This document shows positions 28,479 through 35,642 of a stretch of 64,000 nucleotides of DNA, in pieces. Source of the stretch: a virus (taxonomy: Duplodnaviria; Caudoviricetes). Position numbers and translations under genes: made by a program. The DNA lies in IMG/VR virus record IMGVR_UViG_3300037424_000434, positions 171,766 through 235,765 of that record; one strand, given 5' to 3'. The number at the start of each line of letters is the position of its first letter. Positions within the stretch are counted from its first letter, which is position 1. A model generated the notes under the pieces. The model made no database searches. It saw only the letters and a list, made by a program, of their open reading frames with translations, and was not told where the DNA came from.

Positions 28479-28605
28479 ATTAGAATTGATTGTTGCGGTA
28501 TAATATGGGCGAGTTAGGGCACGTCCACAGAATCCACCTTTAGTGGGGTGGCACAAAGCACTTTAGATGGAGTTGTCAACCATCCAACAATCAACACAAG
28601 TTTAT

Positions 28606-28682
28606 GGGAGCGTGATGGAATTGGCATACGTGTTGGTCTTAGAAACCAAATTTTAGGGGTTCGAATCCCCTCGCTCCTACCA
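28606..28682 (+). tRNA. tRNA-Leu(TAG) with short variable arm
   Basis: Cloverleaf, CT-TAG-AA, 5-nt variable region, CCA. Confidence 0.9.
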
Positions 28683-28938
28683 AAATGCAACAGGTAAACG
28701 CTCTAAAGAACATGAGAATGGGTTGGGAGTAATATTCCGTAACGGATTACCTGACCACTAGGCTACCCATCTAGACCCTTTATTGGGATAAATCATGTCA
28801 CCTGTTTACACTACAGTTATAGATACTGTATTATAAGATTCGTGGGGGATTAGCCCACGAATGCATAGGCATAAGGTTTAAGCCCTTGCAATGACGGGCT
28901 CAAATCAACTAGCTTAGACCGATTTTTTAAGAATTTAC

Positions 28939-29009
28939 CGGTGTGTGAGAGAATGGTACTCATCCATCCTTGGACGATGGAAACGCAGGTTCGATTCCTG
29001 CCATGCCGA
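28939..29009 (+). tRNA. tRNA-Pro(TGG), CCA not encoded
   Basis: CCATC-CTTGGAC-GATGG, C1-G72, A73. Confidence 0.85.
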
Positions 29010-29010
29010 C

Positions 29011-29073
29011 TTGACATGTAATAAATATCTCCCTATCTCTATTTATAATAGTTCGATATTTATTACATGTCAA
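29011..29073. repeat. Perfect 19-bp inverted repeat with 25-nt spacer
   Basis: TTGACATGTAATAAATATC / GATATTTATTACATGTCAA. Confidence 0.97.
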
Positions 29074-29176
29074 TATATTATACTACATGTTTGAAAGGTA
29101 CGCACTTTGGGTTGCACCCTATAGCGTTTTAACTACTTGCCGAGCAGGGCTTTTCAACTTTCAAACAATTTTTTAT

Positions 29177-29252
29177 GCGGGTAGAACTCAGTCTCATGGT
29201 GAGGCAGTAGCCTTCCAAGCTATCGTTAGGTGTTCGATTCACCCTACCCGCT
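29177..29252 (+). tRNA. tRNA-Gly(TCC), CCA not encoded
   Basis: GCGGGTA/TACCCGC-T, CT-TCC-AA. Confidence 0.8.
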
Positions 29253-29345
29253 TTTTACGAATATCGAACATATATCCGAAATCCTCGGGGTGAATGGATA
29301 CCGATGAACCCCTTGAGGTGAGTAGGTAACGTAACAAAAGCATTT

Positions 29346-29420
29346 GATGCTATCGTATAAGGGTTATTACCTCTGGTTGTCAGCCAGATAATGCGGGTTC
29401 GAGTCCCGCTAGCATCGCCA
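29346..29420 (+). tRNA. tRNA-Asp(GTC)
   Basis: Cloverleaf, TT-GTC-AG, G73, CCA. Confidence 0.92.
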
Positions 29421-29447
29421 TTTTTTGTTATATAGATAGACAGTTAT

Positions 29448-29521
29448 GCTCCTCTAGTTCAATGGCAGAGCAATCGCCCGATTAGCGATGAATCAGGGTT
29501 CAAATCCTTGGGGGAGTACCA
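29448..29521 (+). tRNA. tRNA-Ile(GAT)-like with non-canonical loop (C33, U37)
   Basis: ATCGC-CCGATTA-GCGAT, otherwise a good cloverleaf with CCA. Confidence 0.7.
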
Positions 29522-29530
29522 GAATTTTGT

Positions 29531-29605
29531 TCCTTCTTAGTTCAGTGGCAGAACGCTTGGCTGTTAACCAAGATGTCGCAAGTTCGAATCTTGCAGAAGG
29601 AGCCA
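29531..29605 (+). tRNA. tRNA-Asn(GTT)
   Basis: Canonical cloverleaf, CCA. Confidence 0.95.
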
Positions 29606-29610
29606 TTTCA

Positions 29611-29680
29611 GCGGGGTTAGTTTAAGGGAGAACAGAGAGGGCTTGCCTCTCAGACATGGGTTTGGATCCTATGCCCTGTA
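29611..29680 (+). pseudogene. Degenerate tRNA (loop GGCTTGC, nominal CTT)
   Basis: D arm and GAGAG/CTCTC stem retained, T loop TTTGGAT, no CCA. Confidence 0.6.
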
Positions 29681-29709
29681 ATATTTTGTGTTAACACGAG
29701 ATCAAGGAG

Positions 29710-29964
29710 ATGATTATGGTTAACACGTTCGAAGATGACAATTATTTAAAGAGGTTTAATGAGTCACGATCCTTTCTTTGTTCGGGTGGTTATTTAACAG
29801 ATGGGGAGAATCGAAAAATCAAAGATCGGTTCAGGAAAGCCGCAGCAAAAAGTGGAACAAAGCTGGAAACGCTTCCCTTTTTTATCAAGCAAAGGGTGAA
29901 CGTGAACGATTTTGGTATATCAAGGATCATGAATGAGACAAACAAAGAGAGAATCTTTTGTTGA
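29710..29964 (+). CDS. Hypothetical protein
   Basis: 84 aa, AAGGAG RBS. Confidence 0.55.
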   Translation: MIMVNTFEDDNYLKRFNESRSFLCSGGYLTDGENRKIKDRFRKAAAKSGTKLETLPFFIKQRVNVNDFGISRIMNETNKERIFC

Positions 29965-30160
29965 AGCAATAACAAACATGTTAATCGGATATTCATGTGG
30001 CGTATTATCTCAACTATTAGTGTTTCCTTTGGTGGGAATTTATGTATCATGGAGTGATAATTTATTGCTTGCTCTGTATTTTACTTTAGTAAGCTTGTTG
30101 CGAAATTATGTTGTTAGAAGAGTTTTTGATGCAAAGAAGCATAAAAAGGTTTATGTATAG
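29933..30160 (+). CDS. Small two-TM membrane protein common in phages
   Basis: QTKRESFVEAITNMLIGY...LVSLLRNYVVRRVF. Confidence 0.65.
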   Translation: MRQTKRESFVEAITNMLIGYSCGVLSQLLVFPLVGIYVSWSDNLLLALYFTLVSLLRNYVVRRVFDAKKHKKVYV

Positions 30161-30174
30161 GTCGTAAGTATTAC

Positions 30175-30244
30175 GGGGCTGGCGCTGGGACCGCATAGGA
30201 GTTTTGCAAATTTCTTGAGGTGGGTTCGATTCCCACTAGCTCCA
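30175..30244 (+). tRNA. tRNA-Ala(TGC), CCA not encoded
   Basis: GGGGCTG/TAGCTCC-A with G3:U70, TT-TGC-AA loop. Confidence 0.75.
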
Positions 30245-30466
30245 TAATCAGTTAAGATTGGAGAGAGAACGGTACTATTTTTAACTTGGAGGTAATTAGC
30301 TGACGCTTGACGAATATATTGAAATGGCTAAACAAGAATTGGATCTCATGAGAGAAGATTATGAAAGAAATAACAGAATTGATCCAGATTCATGGCCATT
30401 AGAACTTGACTCCGGTGCATGGGGCGAGGAAGAAATGTGCAGGAGATTTTCTTAATAAGAGTTTAC

Positions 30467-30545
30467 GGGGGATTGGGCAATTTGGCAAAGCCGCTTGATT
30501 CAAAACCAAGAGATTTTACGGGTTCGATCCCCGTATCCCCTACCA
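30467..30545 (+). tRNA. tRNA-Leu(CAA) with short variable arm
   Basis: TT-CAA-AA, CCA. Confidence 0.85.
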
Positions 30546-30556
30546 AAAGAGTTTAT

Positions 30557-30632
30557 GGTGTAGTGCCCAAGAGGTGTTTGGCATTCGGCTGTGACCCGGA
30601 TTGATTGAGTTCGATTCTCACATTACACCCCA
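30557..30632 (+). tRNA. tRNA-His(GTG)
   Basis: G-1:C73, CT-GTG-AC, CCA. Confidence 0.85.
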
Positions 30633-30640
30633 AATTAAAG

Positions 30641-30715
30641 GCACTCATGGTGAAAAGGAAATCACAGGAAACTTCTAATTTCTCGTTCTAGGTTCGAGTC
30701 CTAGTGGGTGCGCCA
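30641..30715 (+). tRNA. tRNA-Arg(TCT)
   Basis: Canonical cloverleaf, CCA. Confidence 0.92.
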
Positions 30716-30796
30716 TTTGATAACATTTTTTGTACACTAACAATTGAAATGTTATCACACAAAAATTATAATTGAAAGTGTTTAAAGACAAATTTC

Positions 30797-30922
30797 GGTG
30801 TCGTAAATTAGAGTTACTTCGTCTTCTAAACGAGTGGTCGCTGGTTCGAATCCAGCCAAGATCCCCAAAAAGGTCTTGTAGCTCAGCGGTAGAGCACTAA
30901 ATCTCTCTGATTGATTGTTACC
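30797..30922 (+). tRNA. Circularly permuted tRNA (anticodon TCT): 3' half 30818/9-30867 precedes 5' half 30872-30897
   Basis: Order is anticodon arm, TGGTC, GCTGG-TTCGAAT-CCAGC, CAAGATC-C-CCA, AAAA, GGTCTTG, TA-GCTC-AGCGGTA-GAGC-A. The flanks pair (AATTAGAG/CTCTGATT). Confidence 0.85.
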
Positions 30923-30938
30923 CGAAATTTTGAGTTAT

Positions 30939-31013
30939 GCTCCAATAGTTAAACGGTATAACGGGCAACTTATAATTGTTTGTTGGAGGGTTCGACTCCC
31001 CCTTGGAGTACCA
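30939..31013 (+). tRNA. tRNA-Ile(TAT)
   Basis: GGCAA-CTTATAA-TTGTT, CCA. Confidence 0.85.
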
Positions 31014-31270
31014 CTTTTTTAATAACGACAATGATAAGCGGCAACGGGCACCCAATACTGCCATAAGTGCGGGTGGTTTCAACCGCAAACGATAAAACCG
31101 AGTTGGGATTGCTGCCCTGATTGCGGAAACGAGAAAATCCCTTTCGTGGTTGGGCGGTACATCGTTGAAACAAAGAAGTGTGGCCGATGGCTCTGGGTAT
31201 ATTTTGAAACAAAAAATGTCGGGTTTATACCGGCAACCTAACAACCCACTCTGGGACTTCGTGATGATGA

Positions 31271-31345
31271 ACGGGTGTAGTCCAATTGGCAGGAGACGCG
31301 GGGCTTAAAACCCTGACAGTGTGAGTTCGAATCTCATCACCCGTA
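31271..31345 (+). tRNA. tRNA-Leu(TAA), short variable arm, weak anticodon stem
   Basis: ACGGGTG/CACCCGT-A, CT-TAA-AA. Confidence 0.75.
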
Positions 31346-31365
31346 CTAATAGAAAGGAAAAGATT

Positions 31366-31599
31366 ATGAAAGTAAACATTGACGCAAAAGAATCATTACA
31401 ACGTGACCCCGCGCATGATATTCAATCTGTCTTAAACATTGGGTTCAAATGTCCGGACACGCGAACTGCGATAAACAAGGTAGTGGCAAGACTTGAGGGC
31501 CGTATCTGGGCACACGAAAACGATGAACAACAGATGTGCGAGGATGAATACGAGGACTGCAAGAACGATTTAGCGTTGCTGAAGTTACTGATCGGCTAA
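31366..31599 (+). CDS. Hypothetical protein
   Basis: AAGGA RBS, ATG 31366 within track ORF 31321..31599. Confidence 0.55.
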   Translation: MKVNIDAKESLQRDPAHDIQSVLNIGFKCPDTRTAINKVVARLEGRIWAHENDEQQMCEDEYEDCKNDLALLKLLIG

Positions 31600-31602
31600 C
31601 CA

Positions 31603-31908
31603 GTGAAATTCTTAATAAAAGAGATTTCTAATGAAACTTTTATTCACATTAGAAAGTGGATAGTGGATGTTGATGGAAATGAAAGCTGTAACTATAGAAG
31701 TCGTACCAGTATTAATTGTTTCTTTTATGGCAAACACCATAGAAACAAAACAAAAGACTTCCTGTATCATGGGGAGTCTTTGAGGGAAGCAATTGACGTT
31801 AGAGGATTTGATCCAGAAGGAGTTGCTGAGGTTGATTCTATCTGGGAGTTTTATAAGATCATTGGTTATGATTATAAAAAGAAAAAATATGTTGACAAAA
31901 CACTATAG
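31603..31908 (+). CDS. Hypothetical protein
   Basis: 101 aa ORF. Confidence 0.5.
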   Translation: MKFLIKEISNETFIHIRKWIVDVDGNESCNYRSRTSINCFFYGKHHRNKTKDFLYHGESLREAIDVRGFDPEGVAEVDSIWEFYKIIGYDYKKKKYVDKTL

Positions 31909-31920
31909 AAAGGATACTAT
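31892..31920 (+). promoter_or_regulatory. sigma70-type promoter
   Basis: TTGACA-N17-TACTAT. Confidence 0.8.
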
Positions 31921-31925
31921 TAATC

Positions 31926-32063
31926 ATGGCAGCAAAAAATGGTTCAACCAAAAGCTCAAAACGTAAAATGAAAACTTCTATTGGTAAGAGCAAGAACACT
32001 GTATACAACAAAGCTCACCAAAAGAAACATGGCAAAAAAGTATACCGTGGTCAGGGGCGATAA
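31926..32063 (+). CDS. 45-aa very basic peptide ending KKVYRGQGR
   Basis: MAAKNGSTKSSKRKMKTSIGKSKNTVYNKAHQKKHGKKVYRGQGR. Not in the ORF track. Confidence 0.65.
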   Translation: MAAKNGSTKSSKRKMKTSIGKSKNTVYNKAHQKKHGKKVYRGQGR

Positions 32064-32453
32064 ATGATTATTGCACCAAATGGCATGAGAACGAAGAAAT
32101 CAGGTATTTCTTATTAAGTGACAGGAATAATCATGCATTGGTTAAAGAAATTATTGGGTCTATGTGATCATAAGTGGGAGATCATCAAAGAAATTGAATG
32201 CTTTGAATATAGTTTTTCAAAACATCCATATAAAACGAAATATATCTTACAATGTAAACATTGTGGGAACATTAAAAGAGTAAAGTGAAGTAAAAGGCAA
32301 TGGCAGTTAAAGATGACAAAAAAGATGTTGTTAAAAAGCCGTACAACATATTTTGAGGAGAATGACGATGAAACGAAAACAAAGAGATAAACTCATCGTG
32401 TTCTTGGGATAGATTAACACTCGCCCATGAGCACGTAAAACAACAGTGTTTAT

Positions 32454-32531
32454 GGGCGCGTAACTCAATTGGATTAGAGTATCCGGCTTTTACCCGGTAA
32501 GTTGTGGGTTCGAGTCCCACCGCGCCCACCA
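32454..32531 (+). tRNA. tRNA-Lys(TTT)
   Basis: Cloverleaf, CT-TTT-AC, CCA. Confidence 0.92.
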
Positions 32532-32545
32532 AAATTTTGATTTGC

Positions 32546-32619
32546 GCGGGTGTAGTTCAATGGAAGAACAGTATACTTTTAATATACCTATCGGGGTTCG
32601 ATTCCCTGTACCCGTACCA
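32546..32619 (+). tRNA. tRNA-Lys(TTT), second divergent copy
   Basis: GTATA-CTTTTAA-TATAC, CCA. Confidence 0.88.
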
Positions 32620-32628
32620 TTTTTTGGG

Positions 32629-32703
32629 GGGGGTATAACTCAGTTGGCAGAGTACCTGACTCTTAATCAGGAGGTCACTGGTTCGATCCCAGTTGCCCCA
32701 CCA
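32629..32703 (+). tRNA. tRNA-Lys(CTT)
   Basis: CCTGA-CTCTTAA-TCAGG. The 3' acceptor strand is one C short (possible homopolymer error). Confidence 0.85.
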
Positions 32704-32720
32704 AGATAAAAATAGAACAT

Positions 32721-32809
32721 GGAAGGTAGCGTCATGGCGACAAACTAGTCTTGAAAATTAGGCCGGGTGTGAAAGCCCGAGGGTTCGATTCCTTTACCTT
32801 CTTCCACCA
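32721..32809 (+). tRNA. tRNA-Ser(TGA)
   Basis: Long variable arm, CT-TGA-AA, apparent TTC duplication in the 3' acceptor strand. Confidence 0.8.
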
Positions 32810-32836
32810 ATGGACAAAGCATAAGTCCTTTATTTC

Positions 32837-32910
32837 GCCGCTATAGTTAAAAGGTATAACGCCTGTTTTGTAATCAGGATTTCGGGGTTCGAGTCCTCGT
32901 AGCGGCCCCA
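32837..32910 (+). tRNA. tRNA-Thr(TGT)
   Basis: Cloverleaf, TT-TGT-AA, CCA. Confidence 0.92.
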
Positions 32911-33098
32911 TTTTAAACAACAAAAGGCTCAAGAAGATGTTGACATTATCGAAGCTTAGAAAAGCTTGGCTGAAAAACGTAGGTTACGTTCGCATTGCTA
33001 ATGAGTTGTGCCTTGATCCCGATATGGTCCAAACTGTTTATGCACGATGGACAGAAGAGCACCTTAGAAAAAGATCTGGATGGATGTATCCATATTAA

Positions 33099-33191
33099 GG
33101 AAAGTTAATCAATCAGGGCATTGACACCGACTGCTAATCGGTTGGTTCAGTAGTGATACTGAATAGGTTTCGAGTACCTAGCTTTCCTCCA
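33099..33191 (+). tRNA. tRNA-Ser(GCT)
   Basis: Long variable arm, CT-GCT-AA, CCA. Confidence 0.9.
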
Positions 33192-33209
33192 TTAATGAAA
33201 GGATGACTT

Positions 33210-33950
33210 ATGTTTAAGATAAATCTTCATGCCCATACTCAATATTCCGATGGTCAGGCCACTATTGCGCAAATGGCAGAAGCCTGCAAAGATTTGGAAT
33301 TCACTGCATGTGTTATTACTGACCACGTTTATATGGATGATCGTCGGCCAAGTGTTTCACAGAGTCAATATTTACATAAAATCCTACCAGAAGCCCGTGA
33401 GGTCCAAGAGAAAGTAGGTATTCCTGTTATTGTCGGTGCGGAATTTAGCATTGGACGAATGGAAGAATGCTTAGTGTTTGGAACACAGGCAATCACAGAG
33501 CTATATTCTATGAGACAAGAATATATGAACATTAAAGACGCATATCTTGACATAGCAGATCTTGCATATATTCGAGATAATCGGGATTGTGCTGTTATTT
33601 TATGCCACCCTAGCATTCCCGTATACGGCGATAATTTTTCCACATTTGACCCCGAAAATCCCCAAAAAACCAAACCCATGAAAAATTGGATAACCCAAGG
33701 CGGGGTTAATGTTATTGATGGATATGAAGGGATTAATTCCGGCCAACCCCAGTTTGGTAAATTTAGAAATGTGCCCAAAGAGTTTGATGGTTTGATTTCC
33801 TTTTGCAACTCGGATGCCCATAGTGTGATATCATTGTCATTGGGGTATAATGAGACAGCATCCCCTATATACACAGAAGACGATCTTATAAGGTATATCA
33901 AGGGTGGGGGTGTTTGGAAGCACCATACTGTGCCTTGGAGATACGAATAA
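33210..33950 (+). CDS. PHP-family metal-dependent phosphoesterase
   Basis: NLHAHTQYSDG, ITDH, GAEF, LCHP, NSDAH. Confidence 0.85.
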   Translation: MFKINLHAHTQYSDGQATIAQMAEACKDLEFTACVITDHVYMDDRRPSVSQSQYLHKILPEAREVQEKVGIPVIVGAEFSIGRMEECLVFGTQAITELYSMRQEYMNIKDAYLDIADLAYIRDNRDCAVILCHPSIPVYGDNFSTFDPENPQKTKPMKNWITQGGVNVIDGYEGINSGQPQFGKFRNVPKEFDGLISFCNSDAHSVISLSLGYNETASPIYTEDDLIRYIKGGGVWKHHTVPWRYE

Positions 33951-34201
33951 TGGACAATAACAAACTTGACAAATTAAGAGATATACGGTATACTGTTCGT
34001 AAGTGTTGTGGTACATGTAACAATGCCTGTTTTGAATTCAGGGCTGAATGGGGGACATGCAAAATACATGAATATATACACAAAAAACATACAGGTAAAC
34101 CTAGACATCTGAGTATTCATATGTATGGTTCGTGTGGCAGTTATGATATGAATAATGTTTTTGAAGCTGTCACTGAACACTATAAGGAGTTTTATGAGTA
34201 A
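33914..34201 (+). CDS. Hypothetical Cys-rich protein
   Basis: Probable ATG 33950, CCGTC. Confidence 0.5.
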   Translation: MEAPYCALEIRIMDNNKLDKLRDIRYTVRKCCGTCNNACFEFRAEWGTCKIHEYIHKKHTGKPRHLSIHMYGSCGSYDMNNVFEAVTEHYKEFYE

Positions 34202-34859
34202 TGTAAAGCTGATTGCTGTGACAAAACCTGTTCTGGATGGGTGTGAGACAGCAGAAGAATTGATTTCGTATTGTGCTAGGGTATCAAACCCAGACAATCA
34301 AAGAAAGTATGATACAGCCGGTAAGTTGCTTCGATACATGTTAAAACATAAACATTTCAGTCCATTTGAAATGGCCCATATGGTTATGGAGATCAAAACA
34401 ACCCGCGACATTGCTCGGCAGATTTTGCGTCACAGATCGTTTTCTTTTCAAGAGTATAGTCAGAGATATGCAGCGGTAACCCCTGATTCGTTTGTGCTAT
34501 CAGAGGCTCGTTTGCAGGACAAGTTCAATCGACAAAATTCAATTGAGGTTAGTGATAAAGCATTGCTTGATTGGTGGACTTTGAATCAAGGGAGGCTTTT
34601 GGACATGACGATTGCTCTGTATAATACCGCTCTCGAAAAGGGTATTGCAAAGGAAGTGGCCCGAAAGGTTTTGCCTGAAGGTATTACCGGGAGTGTGATG
34701 TACATGTCAGGCACAGTTCGCAGTTTCATTCATTATTGTGATGTTAGACGGAAAAGCGATACTCAGCTTGAGCACCGATTGATTGCAAATGAAGTGTGGG
34801 ATATATTATGCCAGCAGTTCCCCACTATACCCGAAGCACTGGAGATGTCAGATGAGTAA
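34194..34859 (+). CDS. thyX: Flavin-dependent thymidylate synthase
   Basis: HFSPFEM, RDIARQILRHRSFSFQEYSQRY. Confidence 0.95.
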   Translation: MSNVKLIAVTKPVLDGCETAEELISYCARVSNPDNQRKYDTAGKLLRYMLKHKHFSPFEMAHMVMEIKTTRDIARQILRHRSFSFQEYSQRYAAVTPDSFVLSEARLQDKFNRQNSIEVSDKALLDWWTLNQGRLLDMTIALYNTALEKGIAKEVARKVLPEGITGSVMYMSGTVRSFIHYCDVRRKSDTQLEHRLIANEVWDILCQQFPTIPEALEMSDE

Positions 34860-35052
34860 AGAAATCGTGATATGTGAGGAGTGCTGTGGTAGGGGGTTTT
34901 TGATTAAATCAGTGTTAGAAGACTACCATAGGGGCATATATACCGAAAAGAACGTTCCGTGTAACACGTGCAAGGAGTCCGGCAGACTTATCAAGATCAC
35001 AACCATTGTAATTAGACCATACGAAAGTGACGTAGACTGATTTTTTTTTTTG

Positions 35053-35081
35053 TTGACACAAAGAATGTGGGGTGGTATAGT
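35053..35081 (+). promoter_or_regulatory. sigma70-type promoter
   Basis: TTGACA-N17-TATAGT. Confidence 0.85.
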
Positions 35082-35122
35082 GTTCCTGTAGCGACAAACA
35101 ACCCTGTCGAACGGAGCTAACT

Positions 35123-35497
35123 ATGTGTCAAATGAGTGATATTCATGATGAAGCGGTTAATGCGGGTTTGGAAGCAGGTAGCCGACACAAACCTGTTCCG
35201 ATGATTGTGGGCGAGGAAAAAACCCTCTTCTCAAATGAGATTGATTATGACAAAAAGGTGTACTATGTTGAATCAGGGGTTTGTGGGTTTGCGTGGGTTG
35301 AGATTTTTCCCGCTCGTGGCAAGTTCGTTTCGTATTTAAAGAAAAACGATATTGGCCGGGTTGGGGATCGCGGTTATAGGATTCCTGTTTTTGTGTTCGG
35401 ACAGTCACTTGAACGGAAAGAGAAATACGCCGAGGCTTTTGCATCTGTTCTAAAAAAACATGGCATTAAAGCGTATGCGAACTCCCGAGTGGATTGA
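35123..35497 (+). CDS. Conserved-looking phage hypothetical protein
   Basis: 124 aa, GGAG RBS, GVCGFAWV motif. Confidence 0.6.
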   Translation: MCQMSDIHDEAVNAGLEAGSRHKPVPMIVGEEKTLFSNEIDYDKKVYYVESGVCGFAWVEIFPARGKFVSYLKKNDIGRVGDRGYRIPVFVFGQSLERKEKYAEAFASVLKKHGIKAYANSRVD

Positions 35498-35503
35498 TTT
35501 TTG

Positions 35504-35511
35504 TATAAATA
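35504..35511 (+). promoter_or_regulatory. T4-type late promoter directly before a tRNA
   Basis: TATAAATA 8 nt upstream of tRNA position 1. Confidence 0.7.
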
Positions 35512-35518
35512 GAAGTAT

Positions 35519-35590
35519 GGCGGTATGTATGATTATGACTGGTTGGCTCATATCCGACCGGGGAAAGTTTGATTCTTTCTACCGCTACCA
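35519..35590 (+). tRNA. tRNA(CAT) with reduced D arm
   Basis: GGCGGTA/TACCGCT-A-CCA, GTTGG-CTCATAT-CCGAC, T loop TTTGATT. Confidence 0.65.
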
Positions 35591-35642
35591 TATAGTCAAA
35601 AAGAGAATGAGTCTCTTGGCGATTTTTTGTTAACACAAAGAG

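Noticed and set aside
28839-28900. Pistol ribozyme-like hairpin and TTAAGCCC
   Set aside because: The P1 loop is not complementary to the downstream CCC segment, so the required pseudoknot cannot form.
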